Positions 16,353 to 24,050 of a stretch of 64,000 bases of DNA are shown here, in pieces. The DNA lies in assembly GCA_036268485.1 (NCBI GenBank), contig DATAUC010000062.1, forward strand, positions 31,763 to 95,762, read 5' to 3'. Made by a program: the position numbers and the translations under genes. Below the pieces are notes generated by a model, which saw only the letters and a program-made list of their open reading frames with translations, had not been told where the DNA came from and did not search any database. Source of the stretch: Acidimicrobiales bacterium. GTDB taxonomy: Bacteria; Actinomycetota; Acidimicrobiia; Acidimicrobiales; RAAP-2. Within the stretch, counting starts at the first letter, position 1. Each line of letters begins with the position of its first letter.

Positions 16353-17911
16353 GGTGGCGGTCAGCTCAGTCCGATCTTGAGCCCAAGACCACCATCTACG
16401 AACACATCATCGCGCACTTGCCCCCGGCTGGACCCGGCCTCACCGAGGGAGGTGACACGCTGCCCGACACCCAGCCGAAGAGCGACGAGCTGGCATGGAT
16501 CAGCGGTGGTCTCGACGGAGCGTTCGGGTTCCATGCCGGACCAGCGGCTGGTGATGAGCAGCTCGTGCTCGATGTGTTCGGGCTGCTGGCCAAGGCGACC
16601 CGACCAGGAGCGAAGGCCACTGACGTTGGCCGCCTGTACGAGAAGGTCCGGACATCTGAAGTACTGGCGTCGTTGGACGCAGTGCTGCGAATGGTGCGAT
16701 CGAACGGGTTGCCAGCGGCAGGTCTCCGACACGTTGGTGTTCGGCTTGCCAAGGAGGGTCGACACCGAGAGCCGGTGAAGTTCGGCATGGCGCTCCTGGG
16801 TCTCTTGAAGGGGGACCCCGAACGGGACCTGTTGCTGATGCTCGGACGTCACGAGGAGTTCACCCTGTTTGCGGTGGTGGCCATCAAGAACTCTGACCCT
16901 GATTCGGAGCCTTTCTTGCTGAAGCTGGCAAAGAGCGTCGAAGGGTGGGGCAGGATCCAGTGCGTCCGGCGGTTGAGCGACGCCGAGCGCTCCGACACGA
17001 AGGACTGGATTCTGAGGGAGGGGTTTCGAAACGGCGTCATGAACGAGTACCTCGCCTTCATCGCAGCGACGACGGGGGGCCTGGTCACTGCTTTGGGAGG
17101 TCCCGGGGGCGATCCGATCCTCCTCGATGCCGCCTGCGACATCATCTCGGCCCTCATCGCCGGCGGCCCAGCCGAGGACATCGATGACTATGAGCAGGCA
17201 CCCGAGGCGATCCGCCTCTTGGTCAGCCGGCTCAACGGTGAAGCTGTGTCCCTCCACAATTTCCTCGCGGTGGACGACATCGAACGGTTTTTGGCCGACG
17301 ACGAGGGATGGGACGGTCGGCTGGAAAAGGGCTGGACGGCAGACTTGCGGCAAGAGCTGATCGACCGCACGCGTGCCATCAAGTCCTGGGAGAGCTGGAG
17401 GGCTCTCGCCGTAGAGGGCCTGGCCTCGGAGGACCGCTACGGCTACTACGTGGCCGACCGAGTTGCCAGGTCCCTGGGGGTCGACACCTTTGAGAACCGG
17501 TGGCAGCGACTGCAGGCTGATCCGCTCAGAGAGAGTTGGCAGTGGGTGTTCGAGCTCTGCGACGAGCGCCGAATCGATGAGGTCATCGCACTGGCAGAGA
17601 TCGCCCTGCCTCTGGAGAAAATTGCCAGCGGGCCGGCTGAATCCTTGGGTATCGGGCCGGAGTGGGGACCCCACCGGGCACTCGATTCCGTCCTCCAGGG
17701 CCTAAGGCGATTCCCGGGCCGAGGGTGGAAACTTGTCGAGACCGGTCTGCGAAGCCCGGTGGTGAGAAACCGGAACATGGCCATCAGAACGCTCTCGGCA
17801 TGGGGACCCGGATCGTTCTCGCCCGAGATGCGTGCCGCCGTGACCGCTGCGGCCGAGATCGAACCTCGAGACGACGTACGGGGTCGGCTGGAGGATCTAT
17901 GCAATTCCTGA
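16349..17911 (+). CDS. hypothetical all-alpha protein with HEAT-like repeats, translationally coupled to hsdR
   Basis: The ATG at 16349 overlaps the hsdR TGA (ATGA). The 520-aa product has HEAT-like segments (WGRIQCVRRLSD and SPVVRNRNMAIRTLSAWG). The antisense ORF 16361..17674 is judged a shadow ORF. Confidence 0.55.
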   Translation: MRWRSAQSDLEPKTTIYEHIIAHLPPAGPGLTEGGDTLPDTQPKSDELAWISGGLDGAFGFHAGPAAGDEQLVLDVFGLLAKATRPGAKATDVGRLYEKVRTSEVLASLDAVLRMVRSNGLPAAGLRHVGVRLAKEGRHREPVKFGMALLGLLKGDPERDLLLMLGRHEEFTLFAVVAIKNSDPDSEPFLLKLAKSVEGWGRIQCVRRLSDAERSDTKDWILREGFRNGVMNEYLAFIAATTGGLVTALGGPGGDPILLDAACDIISALIAGGPAEDIDDYEQAPEAIRLLVSRLNGEAVSLHNFLAVDDIERFLADDEGWDGRLEKGWTADLRQELIDRTRAIKSWESWRALAVEGLASEDRYGYYVADRVARSLGVDTFENRWQRLQADPLRESWQWVFELCDERRIDEVIALAEIALPLEKIASGPAESLGIGPEWGPHRALDSVLQGLRRFPGRGWKLVETGLRSPVVRNRNMAIRTLSAWGPGSFSPEMRAAVTAAAEIEPRDDVRGRLEDLCNS

Positions 17912-17959
17912 GCTCTGACGGACGGTGAGTCCCATGGAGCACAGGCGAGCGACGCGCAA

Positions 17960-17983
17960 CCGCCGGCCCCTCAGGGCCGGCGG
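17960..17983 (+). terminator. stem-loop downstream of the RM operon
   Basis: A perfect 10-bp stem, ccgccggccc and gggccggcgg, with a ctca loop. It lies 49 nt after the stop at 17911. There is no U-tract, so its function is uncertain. Confidence 0.4.
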
Positions 17984-18089
17984 TCACAATCCCTGGGGTG
18001 ACGGGCGAGAAACTTCCTCGCTCGCCACCTCCAACAAGGGGCTCGCTTTTTTACACAGTTTCGGGTGTTTTTTTACGAACACCCCCTCT

Positions 18090-18434
18090 TGGAGGTGGCG
18101 GGGTTCGAACCCGCGTCCTTCAGAGCTTCAATAGGCCTTCTCCGAGCGCAGCCAGCAAAAGATTGTCGGGGGCGGCATCACTGCTGGCGGTTGAGCCGCC
18201 CCGTATTCAACTGAATGTCCCTAGTGGTTAGTTGACGTCACTGCTAGGTAAGCCCTACTGAATGGCGCCCACGTTCCGATCCATAGGGCTGAGACCGGGT
18301 GAACGTCGCTACTTAAGCAGCGAGTGCGAGCTGAGGCTCGGCATTTATTTTTGGTTCCGGCTCTTTAACGTGGTTCCGGAGACCACGGCTCGCTTCTCCT
18401 ATATCAACGACCGAAGTCGAATCCAATCACCCCC
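18090..18434 (-). ncRNA. ssrA: tmRNA (transfer-messenger RNA)
   Basis: The reverse strand begins GGGGGTGATTGGATTCGAC and ends GGACGCGGGTTCGAACCCCGCCACCTCCA. The acceptor stem has a G3:U70 pair. An internal tag ORF GCC GAG CCT CAG CTC GCA CTC GCT GCT TAA (18342-18313) gives AEPQLALAA. It lies directly downstream of smpB. Confidence 0.9.
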
Positions 18435-18516
18435 ATGTAGTGGGCACATCTCCACCGGCCACTTTGACCAGGGCCCCAGTCTACGCCCGGCTCAGCGAGC
18501 CTGGCACGTGAGCGAC

Positions 18517-19041
18517 CTACGCCCCACTCCACTGGTTGACTTCCTTCTGGGCCCGGGCCGCTTCCCGCTCGGCGTCCCGGGTCTGGAGCAGATTCCGTTT
18601 GTCATAGAGGTGGCGTCCCTTGGCCAGGGCGATCTCCACCTTGGCCCGACCGTCCTTGAAGTAGAGCTTCACCGGAATGAGGGTCAGTGACTGCTGTTGG
18701 GTTTTGCCCTGCAACTCGTCGATCTGCTTGCGATGCAGCAGGAGCTTGCGCTTGCGGTCGGGTTCGTGGGCCCCGAAGCTGGTGGCGTACTGCCAGGGCG
18801 GTATGTGCATCTGGAAGAGCCACATCTCGCCGCCGTCGACCCGGGCGTAGGCCTCGGTCAGCTGGGCTTTTCCCTCACGGAGCGACTTGACCTCGGAGCC
18901 TTGCAGCACAATGCCGGCTTCCAGCGTCTCAATGAACTCGTACTCCCGGCGGGCGCGTCGATTGGTGGCGACCGTGCGGTCGCTCCCTTGCGCTTCGCGG
19001 GCAGCTTCCCGCTTGGCGATCTGCTTCTTCGCCCTGGCCAT
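18517..19041 (-). CDS. smpB: SsrA-binding protein SmpB
   Basis: This lies in ORF 18517..19314, with the start at MARAKKQ (ATG 19041). It matches SmpB in length (174 aa) and sequence style (RREYEFIETLEAGIVLQGSEVKSLR...LLLHRKQI). Confidence 0.9.
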   Translation of the reverse strand: MARAKKQIAKREAAREAQGSDRTVATNRRARREYEFIETLEAGIVLQGSEVKSLREGKAQLTEAYARVDGGEMWLFQMHIPPWQYATSFGAHEPDRKRKLLLHRKQIDELQGKTQQQSLTLIPVKLYFKDGRAKVEIALAKGRHLYDKRNLLQTRDAEREAARAQKEVNQWSGA

Positions 19042-19065
19042 AGGGGTCGAGGGTACCCTGACACC

Positions 19066-19476
19066 GTGCTCCGCCTGACCAACGCCATGTACATGGAGAT
19101 GATCGGGCACTGCCTGACCGGTCTGCCCGACGAGGCCTGCGGCCTGCTCGTGGGCACCTACGGGGGCGACGAGGCCACCCACCTCTTTCCCACGGCCAAC
19201 GCCGCCGCCTCGGCCATGGTCTACGAGATCGACCCCAAGGTGATGCTGACGATTGATCGGGAGGCCCAGAAGCTGGGGGCCGACATCATGGGCGTCTTCC
19301 ACTCGCACACCCATACCGATGCCTACCCCTCCCCTACCGACGTGGCCCAGGCCCTAGATCCCGGCTGGCACTACGTCCTGGTGTCCCTCCGGGACACCCA
19401 CCCGGTGGTGCGCAGCTATCGCATCGTCGACGGCGCCATCACCGAGGAGCCGGTCGACGTGCCCGGGCTGGACTGA
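19066..19476 (+). CDS. mec: JAMM/MPN+ metalloprotease (Mec-type, CysO-processing)
   Basis: It has EACGLLVG and HSHTHTDAYPSPTD (the JAMM motif HxHx7Sx2D). The start is GTG 19066 or ATG 19087. The gene sits upstream of cysO-cysM, as in M. tuberculosis. Confidence 0.8.
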   Translation: MLRLTNAMYMEMIGHCLTGLPDEACGLLVGTYGGDEATHLFPTANAAASAMVYEIDPKVMLTIDREAQKLGADIMGVFHSHTHTDAYPSPTDVAQALDPGWHYVLVSLRDTHPVVRSYRIVDGAITEEPVDVPGLD

Positions 19477-19593
19477 GTGCGGGTGGGGGAGTGCCAGCGC
19501 TCCCGTTAGAATCTGACCAGATCAGTCAACAATCGTCCTGACCTGCCCCCATGGCCCATGGCGGGCCTTGACATCACCCCATGAGGAGGCCCT

Positions 19594-19869
19594 GTGGCCG
19601 TCGAAGTTCGTATCCCAACAGTGCTCCGCACCCACACTGGCGGGGCCGCGGTTGTGACCGTGGACGGGGCCACCATCGGCGACGTGCTGGGCAAGCTCGT
19701 GGCTGAGTACCCCGGGATCTCCGGTCAGGTAGTGCAAGAGGACGGTTCCCTGCACAAGTTCGTCAACATCTACGTGAACGACGACGACGTGCGCTACCTC
19801 GATGGCGTGAACACCCCCGTACCTGACGGCGCCGAGGTCTCCATCCTCCCCGCCGTCGCCGGGGGCTGA
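19594..19869 (+). CDS. cysO: MoaD/ThiS-family sulfur carrier protein CysO
   Basis: The 91-aa product ends in AVAGG. The GTG start is preceded by GAGGAGG. It lies between mec and cysM. Confidence 0.85.
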   Translation: MAVEVRIPTVLRTHTGGAAVVTVDGATIGDVLGKLVAEYPGISGQVVQEDGSLHKFVNIYVNDDDVRYLDGVNTPVPDGAEVSILPAVAGG

Positions 19870-19879
19870 GCCGCCGCCC

Positions 19880-20848
19880 ATGTCGATGTATCCCTCCGTG
19901 CTCGCGCTCATCGGCAACACGCCGCTGGTCGACATCTCCAGCCTGAGCCCCAATCCGGCGGCCCGCATCTGCATCAAGCTCGAGGGTCAGAATCCAGGTG
20001 GTTCTGTCAAGGACCGAGTCGCCCTCTCCCTCATCGAACAGGCGGAGCACGACGGCATCCTGGTCCCCGGCAAACCCGACCAGATCCTTATGGAGCCCTC
20101 CTCGGGCAACACGGGCATCGGGTTGGCCCTGGTCTGCAAGGTCAAGGGGTACCACCTCAAGGTGGTCATGCCGACCAATGTCTCCATCGAGCGGCGTCAA
20201 CTCCTCGAGTTGTGGGGGGCCGAGATCATCGAGTCACCGGGCTCCGAGGCCTCCAACGGCGCGGTGCGCATGGCCCAGAAGCTGGCGGCGGACAATCCCG
20301 AGTGGGTCTTCTTGTACCAGTACGGCAACCCAGCCAACCCGAAGGCCCACTACGAGGGCACCGGCCCTGAGATCCTGCGCGACTGCCCCGAGGTGACCCA
20401 TTTCGTGGCCGGCCTGGGCACCTCGGGCACCCTGCTTGGCGTCGGTCGCTACCTGCGCGACCAGCTGGGGGAGAAGGTGCAGATCTGGGCTGTCGAACCA
20501 CCGTCGGGCGAGACGGTCGACGGGCTGCGCAACCTCGATGACGGCTACATCCCACCCATCTTCGAGGAACTCGGCGGCGCCGAACTGCTGGACCGCAAAA
20601 CCGTGGTGCGGCCCCGCGAGTCCATCGAGTGGACGCGGCGGCTGACCGACGTCGGAATCTTCGCCGGCATCTCGACCGGAGCGGCCGTGGCGGGGGCGAT
20701 CAAGTGCGCCGCCTCGCTGCCCCCCGGGGTGGAGGCCTCCATCGTGGTGGTCTCAGCCGACGGTGGCTGGAAGTACCTCTCGACCGGGGCCTGGACCGAT
20801 GACCTGGACGAGGTCACCGAGCGGGCCAAGTCGATCATCTACTTCTAG
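19880..20848 (+). CDS. cysM: PLP-dependent cysteine synthase (CysM-type)
   Basis: It has the NPGGSVKDR PLP-lysine motif and is 322 aa long. It sits in the conserved mec-cysO-cysM context. Confidence 0.85.
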   Translation: MSMYPSVLALIGNTPLVDISSLSPNPAARICIKLEGQNPGGSVKDRVALSLIEQAEHDGILVPGKPDQILMEPSSGNTGIGLALVCKVKGYHLKVVMPTNVSIERRQLLELWGAEIIESPGSEASNGAVRMAQKLAADNPEWVFLYQYGNPANPKAHYEGTGPEILRDCPEVTHFVAGLGTSGTLLGVGRYLRDQLGEKVQIWAVEPPSGETVDGLRNLDDGYIPPIFEELGGAELLDRKTVVRPRESIEWTRRLTDVGIFAGISTGAAVAGAIKCAASLPPGVEASIVVVSADGGWKYLSTGAWTDDLDEVTERAKSIIYF

Positions 20849-20860
20849 ACCCGACTCTCC

Positions 20861-21304
20861 CTAGCCCGGGCTTCCGTCGCTGGCTGACGACGGGCCGCCG
20901 ATGCGCTCGGCGATCCATTGGCTCAGGCCCACGATCAGATCTTCGGTGAGGGGGGAGGCAGCCACCTCAAGCAGCCGAGTTGCCGTGAGATGCCCGTCCT
21001 CGTCGCCGGCCGGTGGTGACCAGCGGAAGCCGTTGCGGGCGCAGAACTCAATGGTGGCGATGAGGGCGACCTGGGCGTTGCCGTCCTTCAGCGGATGGTT
21101 CTTGATCAGGTGGGTGCACAGCACCGCTGCCTTGGTGGCGAACTCGGGGTAGAAGTCAGACCCGGCGAAGCGGGCCCGTGGAGCATGGAGCGCCGAATCG
21201 GCCAGGTTGAGGCTGGCGTCTTGCGCCACCTTCTTGGCCGGCGTCTGGAGCACGGCCTCGGTGATCAGGAGGAAGTCGGCCAACTCGAGATAGTCGACGC
21301 TCAT
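20861..21304 (-). CDS. doc: Fic/Doc-family toxin with a variant core motif
   Basis: The product is 147 aa. The core HPLKDGNAQVA resembles the Doc motif HxFxDGNKR but lacks the K/R pair. Confidence 0.6.
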   Translation of the reverse strand: MSVDYLELADFLLITEAVLQTPAKKVAQDASLNLADSALHAPRARFAGSDFYPEFATKAAVLCTHLIKNHPLKDGNAQVALIATIEFCARNGFRWSPPAGDEDGHLTATRLLEVAASPLTEDLIVGLSQWIAERIGGPSSASDGSPG

Positions 21305-21462
21305 GCGCCCAATCGCTCCAGCGCCTGGTGGTTCTGCTGAATGGCATCGCGCAAGCGCAGGAAGAATTCCTGATCGGCCCGGCGTCGCAGGACTTGGGAG
21401 TTGAGTGTGGGCTGCTGTGGTGTTCCGGACGGGCGGGGCCGGTCTTCTGCGCGCTCGCTCAC
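21301..21462 (-). CDS. putative antitoxin (53 aa), not in the ORF track
   Basis: My translation from GTG 21462 gives VSERAEDRPRPSGTPQQPTLNSQVLRRRADQEFFLRLRDAIQQNHQALERLGA. Its TGA overlaps the doc ATG (ATGA at 21301-21304). Confidence 0.5.
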   Translation of the reverse strand: MSERAEDRPRPSGTPQQPTLNSQVLRRRADQEFFLRLRDAIQQNHQALERLGA

Positions 21463-21471
21463 CCTCTGATT

Positions 21472-22284
21472 TTAGAAGCCAGCATCAGGGGAACGGGTCG
21501 TCGCCTCTCTGGGCCGCCAGATGTCACCTTCGAGCAGCATGATCGGATCGGTGCTCTGGATGAGTTCGGGCCATTGGGTATCAGCCTGGGCCATGACGAG
21601 GGCCGAAATGGCCGCATCGAAGGCGTCTTCAGAGCGCTCCATCGTTCCTCTTTCGGGGAGTTCGGCCCATGCCGACCGCTCCAGGTAGCGGGCACGATCG
21701 ACCTGGTTCTTCTTGTGCACCGGCCCGGTCATCAGTCGCGGATAGATCTCCACCACGGTCCAGCGGGAGGGTGGATCAAAGGGCCAGATGCTGAACCCGG
21801 CCGCCCGCAGTTGGCGCAGGAAGGGCATCCCCCGTATTGATCCGGTCCCCACGGCGCCGGCGCCGCCGATCTGGAACACGCTCTTGGGCCCGATGCCGCC
21901 GATGGCGGCGTTGCGCTCGGCTAGCCGGAAGTGCTCGGGCAGGTCAGGGCGTCCGATACCAGGGCGCCCCCAATATGGCCATGGGCACTCGGCCAGCCAG
22001 TGCTCTCCGGATTCAGCGACGCATGACCACAGATCGCCGACGGTGTCGTGGCCCTGGTGGCGCAGGAACCAGGCCGGATATGAGAAGGCGAAGTCGAGGC
22101 CGACCACAAGGCCCTCGGGGCATCTGGTGGGGAGCTGGCAGACCAGGTCAATGACATCACTGCGGCTTCGGCCATTTCGTAGCTCAGCGAGCTGGTCCGG
22201 ACGGTTCGGCCGCACGTGGGCCAACCAGATCCGCTCGGCCGCCCCGACCCGGGCGCCGGACCAGTCGATGGCGACGATGTCCAT
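21472..22284 (-). CDS. DUF429 domain protein (second copy, divergent subfamily)
   Basis: This lies in ORF 21472..22383, with the start at MDIVAIDWSGA (ATG 22284). Features include GLDFAFSYP and a C-terminal EDAFDAAISALVMA. Confidence 0.6.
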   Translation of the reverse strand: MDIVAIDWSGARVGAAERIWLAHVRPNRPDQLAELRNGRSRSDVIDLVCQLPTRCPEGLVVGLDFAFSYPAWFLRHQGHDTVGDLWSCVAESGEHWLAECPWPYWGRPGIGRPDLPEHFRLAERNAAIGGIGPKSVFQIGGAGAVGTGSIRGMPFLRQLRAAGFSIWPFDPPSRWTVVEIYPRLMTGPVHKKNQVDRARYLERSAWAELPERGTMERSEDAFDAAISALVMAQADTQWPELIQSTDPIMLLEGDIWRPREATTRSPDAGF

Positions 22285-22294
22285 GGGGGGAGGG

Positions 22295-22834
22295 TCAGCC
22301 TCCGGCCAGTGCGCAGAGCTTGGTGACCGTGTTCCAGTTGCGGGTCGTGCTGATGACATCCAACCGACGCTCAATGAGGGCACCGGACAATTTCGAGCCG
22401 GCGTAGCCGTCGGGCGTGTGGACGTAGACCTCCTGGCCGATGACCACGAGTTCGTCGCGGCCGCTGGCCGGCGGGCTGAAATCAGCCAACCGTTTAGCCG
22501 TCGGTGTGCTGGCCAAAAACGTCACGTGGTGGCGGCCGGGGTCGGCGCCCTGCTCCGGGAAGGGGCTGGTGGCCACCACCTCTGTCAGCTCCGGCACGGT
22601 GCGCAGCAACACGGCCGGAGAGGCGCCGAAGTCGGTCGCCAACCGGCCCTCGATGGCCTCAATGAGCTTGGCCTTGCTTTTTGACGGCGACTCGAAGAGG
22701 ACGTTGCCGGTCTGAATGTAGGTCGACACGTTGGTGTAGCCCAGGCCGAAAAAGGATTGCTTGAGGTCGGCCATGGCCAGGCGCCCGTGGCCGGCGACGT
22801 TGACACTGCGTAGCAGGGCGACGTACGCCGTCAT
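22295..22834 (-). CDS. DUF1697 domain protein
   Basis: The N-terminus MTAYVALLRSVNVAGHGRLAMADLK is typical of DUF1697, and the C-terminus has STTRNWNTV. The length is 179 aa. Confidence 0.65.
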   Translation of the reverse strand: MTAYVALLRSVNVAGHGRLAMADLKQSFFGLGYTNVSTYIQTGNVLFESPSKSKAKLIEAIEGRLATDFGASPAVLLRTVPELTEVVATSPFPEQGADPGRHHVTFLASTPTAKRLADFSPPASGRDELVVIGQEVYVHTPDGYAGSKLSGALIERRLDVISTTRNWNTVTKLCALAGG

Positions 22835-22857
22835 GTCCGTGTGCTCATGACGTCAGG

Positions 22858-23985
22858 CTAGGGGTTGACGCCCGACCGGTTAGGAGTCCGACTCAGCGAG
22901 AACCGGCGCAGATCGAAGGACGGATCCACGCTGGTGGCCAGATCGGCCAGGAGCTCGCCCAGGAGGGGTCCGAACTTGAAGCCATGCCCGCTGGTTCCGC
23001 TGCCCACCACCAGGCGCCCCCGCCGGTCGAGGAGAAAATCGCCATCCCAGGTGGCGTCGTAGTGGCAGCGCTCGGTGGCCACGGGCTCGGGTCCGCACGT
23101 GGGGAGCAGCCGCTCGGCGGCGCGCCGAAGCTGAGCCAGTAGATCGGGGTCGTCGTTGGCCGGATCGAAGGGGTCGGCCATGACGGGTCCCGAGGTGTGG
23201 TGCGAAAGCTTGACCAGCGCCTGCCCTATGACGGGAAGGCCGTAGACCATGTCATTGCCCCACTCGATGAACGGCGGAACGGCGAGCTCGGCCGAGGGCG
23301 ACTGCAGATAGACCACTTGCTGGAGGGAGGGGAGTGCGGCAGCCGGAGTCCGCGCACCACCCAGGAGAGCAGTGGTGGCTGGTCCGGCGCACACGATGAC
23401 GGCGTCCGCTCGCAGCCGGGTACGGTCGCCGCAGGTGATGGTCACGCCGTCCTCGTCCTCGTCGACACCCTGGACCGGACATCCTTCCCGGACCTCGAAT
23501 GACCCGGTCCGCTGCAGCGCCTGCAGGCAGCGGTCGGCCACCAGCACGCCGGACGATGCCTCGAAGAGCGACGGCCCCTCGACACTCAGGTCGGGAAAGC
23601 GCTCACGCGTCTCTTGGGCGGAGAGATGTTCGATGGGCACGCCGCTCTGGCCCAGGGAGCCGGCCAGCTCATTCAGATGCTGGCCGAAGTTCAGCTGGCC
23701 CGTCTGGTGCAGCAGCGTGGTACCAGCCTCGGCCTCAAGCGCTCGCCACAGCACACCGGCTGCCCGGGCCATGCGCACGTAGAGGGGATCGGTGTAGCTG
23801 AGCCGGAAGATCCGGGCCCGCCCCTTTGACCCGGAGTGGTCGTGGCCGACGGAGTGCGCCTCGAGCACCACCACCTCGTGTCCCCGTCGGGACAGCGCCC
23901 AGGCTGTGCTGAGACCGAGCAGGCCGCCACCGACGACGACGAATTGATGCCGTTGCGGAGCAACGGCCATTCTCCCGGTGGGCAC
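22858..23985 (-). CDS. FAD-dependent oxidoreductase (DAO family, sarcosine/N-methyltryptophan oxidase-like)
   Basis: The N-terminal dinucleotide fold is FVVVGGGLLGLSTAWALSRRGHEVVVLE. The length is 375 aa. Confidence 0.7.
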   Translation of the reverse strand: MPTGRMAVAPQRHQFVVVGGGLLGLSTAWALSRRGHEVVVLEAHSVGHDHSGSKGRARIFRLSYTDPLYVRMARAAGVLWRALEAEAGTTLLHQTGQLNFGQHLNELAGSLGQSGVPIEHLSAQETRERFPDLSVEGPSLFEASSGVLVADRCLQALQRTGSFEVREGCPVQGVDEDEDGVTITCGDRTRLRADAVIVCAGPATTALLGGARTPAAALPSLQQVVYLQSPSAELAVPPFIEWGNDMVYGLPVIGQALVKLSHHTSGPVMADPFDPANDDPDLLAQLRRAAERLLPTCGPEPVATERCHYDATWDGDFLLDRRGRLVVGSGTSGHGFKFGPLLGELLADLATSVDPSFDLRRFSLSRTPNRSGVNP

Positions 23986-24050
23986 AAGGCGATCCTAGGG
24001 ATGCCGTCGCCTCACGAGGGGTGCGTAGGGCAGGGATACGCTCCCCCTGA

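Larger units (their letters stand above)
1..18089. mobile_element. putative genomic (defence) island abutting the 3' end of ssrA; left boundary not in the window
   Basis: GC is lower in spot counts (about 53% at 10.26 kb against about 70% at 25.0 kb). Content is recombinase-like genes, RM, a CBASS-like operon and AlkB. It ends at the tmRNA 3' end, a classic island integration site. No flanking direct repeat was found in the window. Confidence 0.4.

Noticed and set aside
16361-17674. A 437-aa minus-strand ORF opposite the HEAT-like gene.
   Set aside because: It is a low-complexity R/P/G/Q-rich translation with no start-codon context. The plus-strand ORF is ATGA-coupled to hsdR and reads like a folded alpha-helical protein.
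18063-18085. The hairpin gggtgtt-tttttacg-aacaccc just 3' of ssrA, considered as the ssrA terminator or an att core.
   Set aside because: On the tmRNA (minus) strand the stem is followed by an A-rich tract rather than a U-rich one. The stem is only 7 bp. I cannot tell from sequence alone whether it is a terminator, an att remnant or a chance structure.
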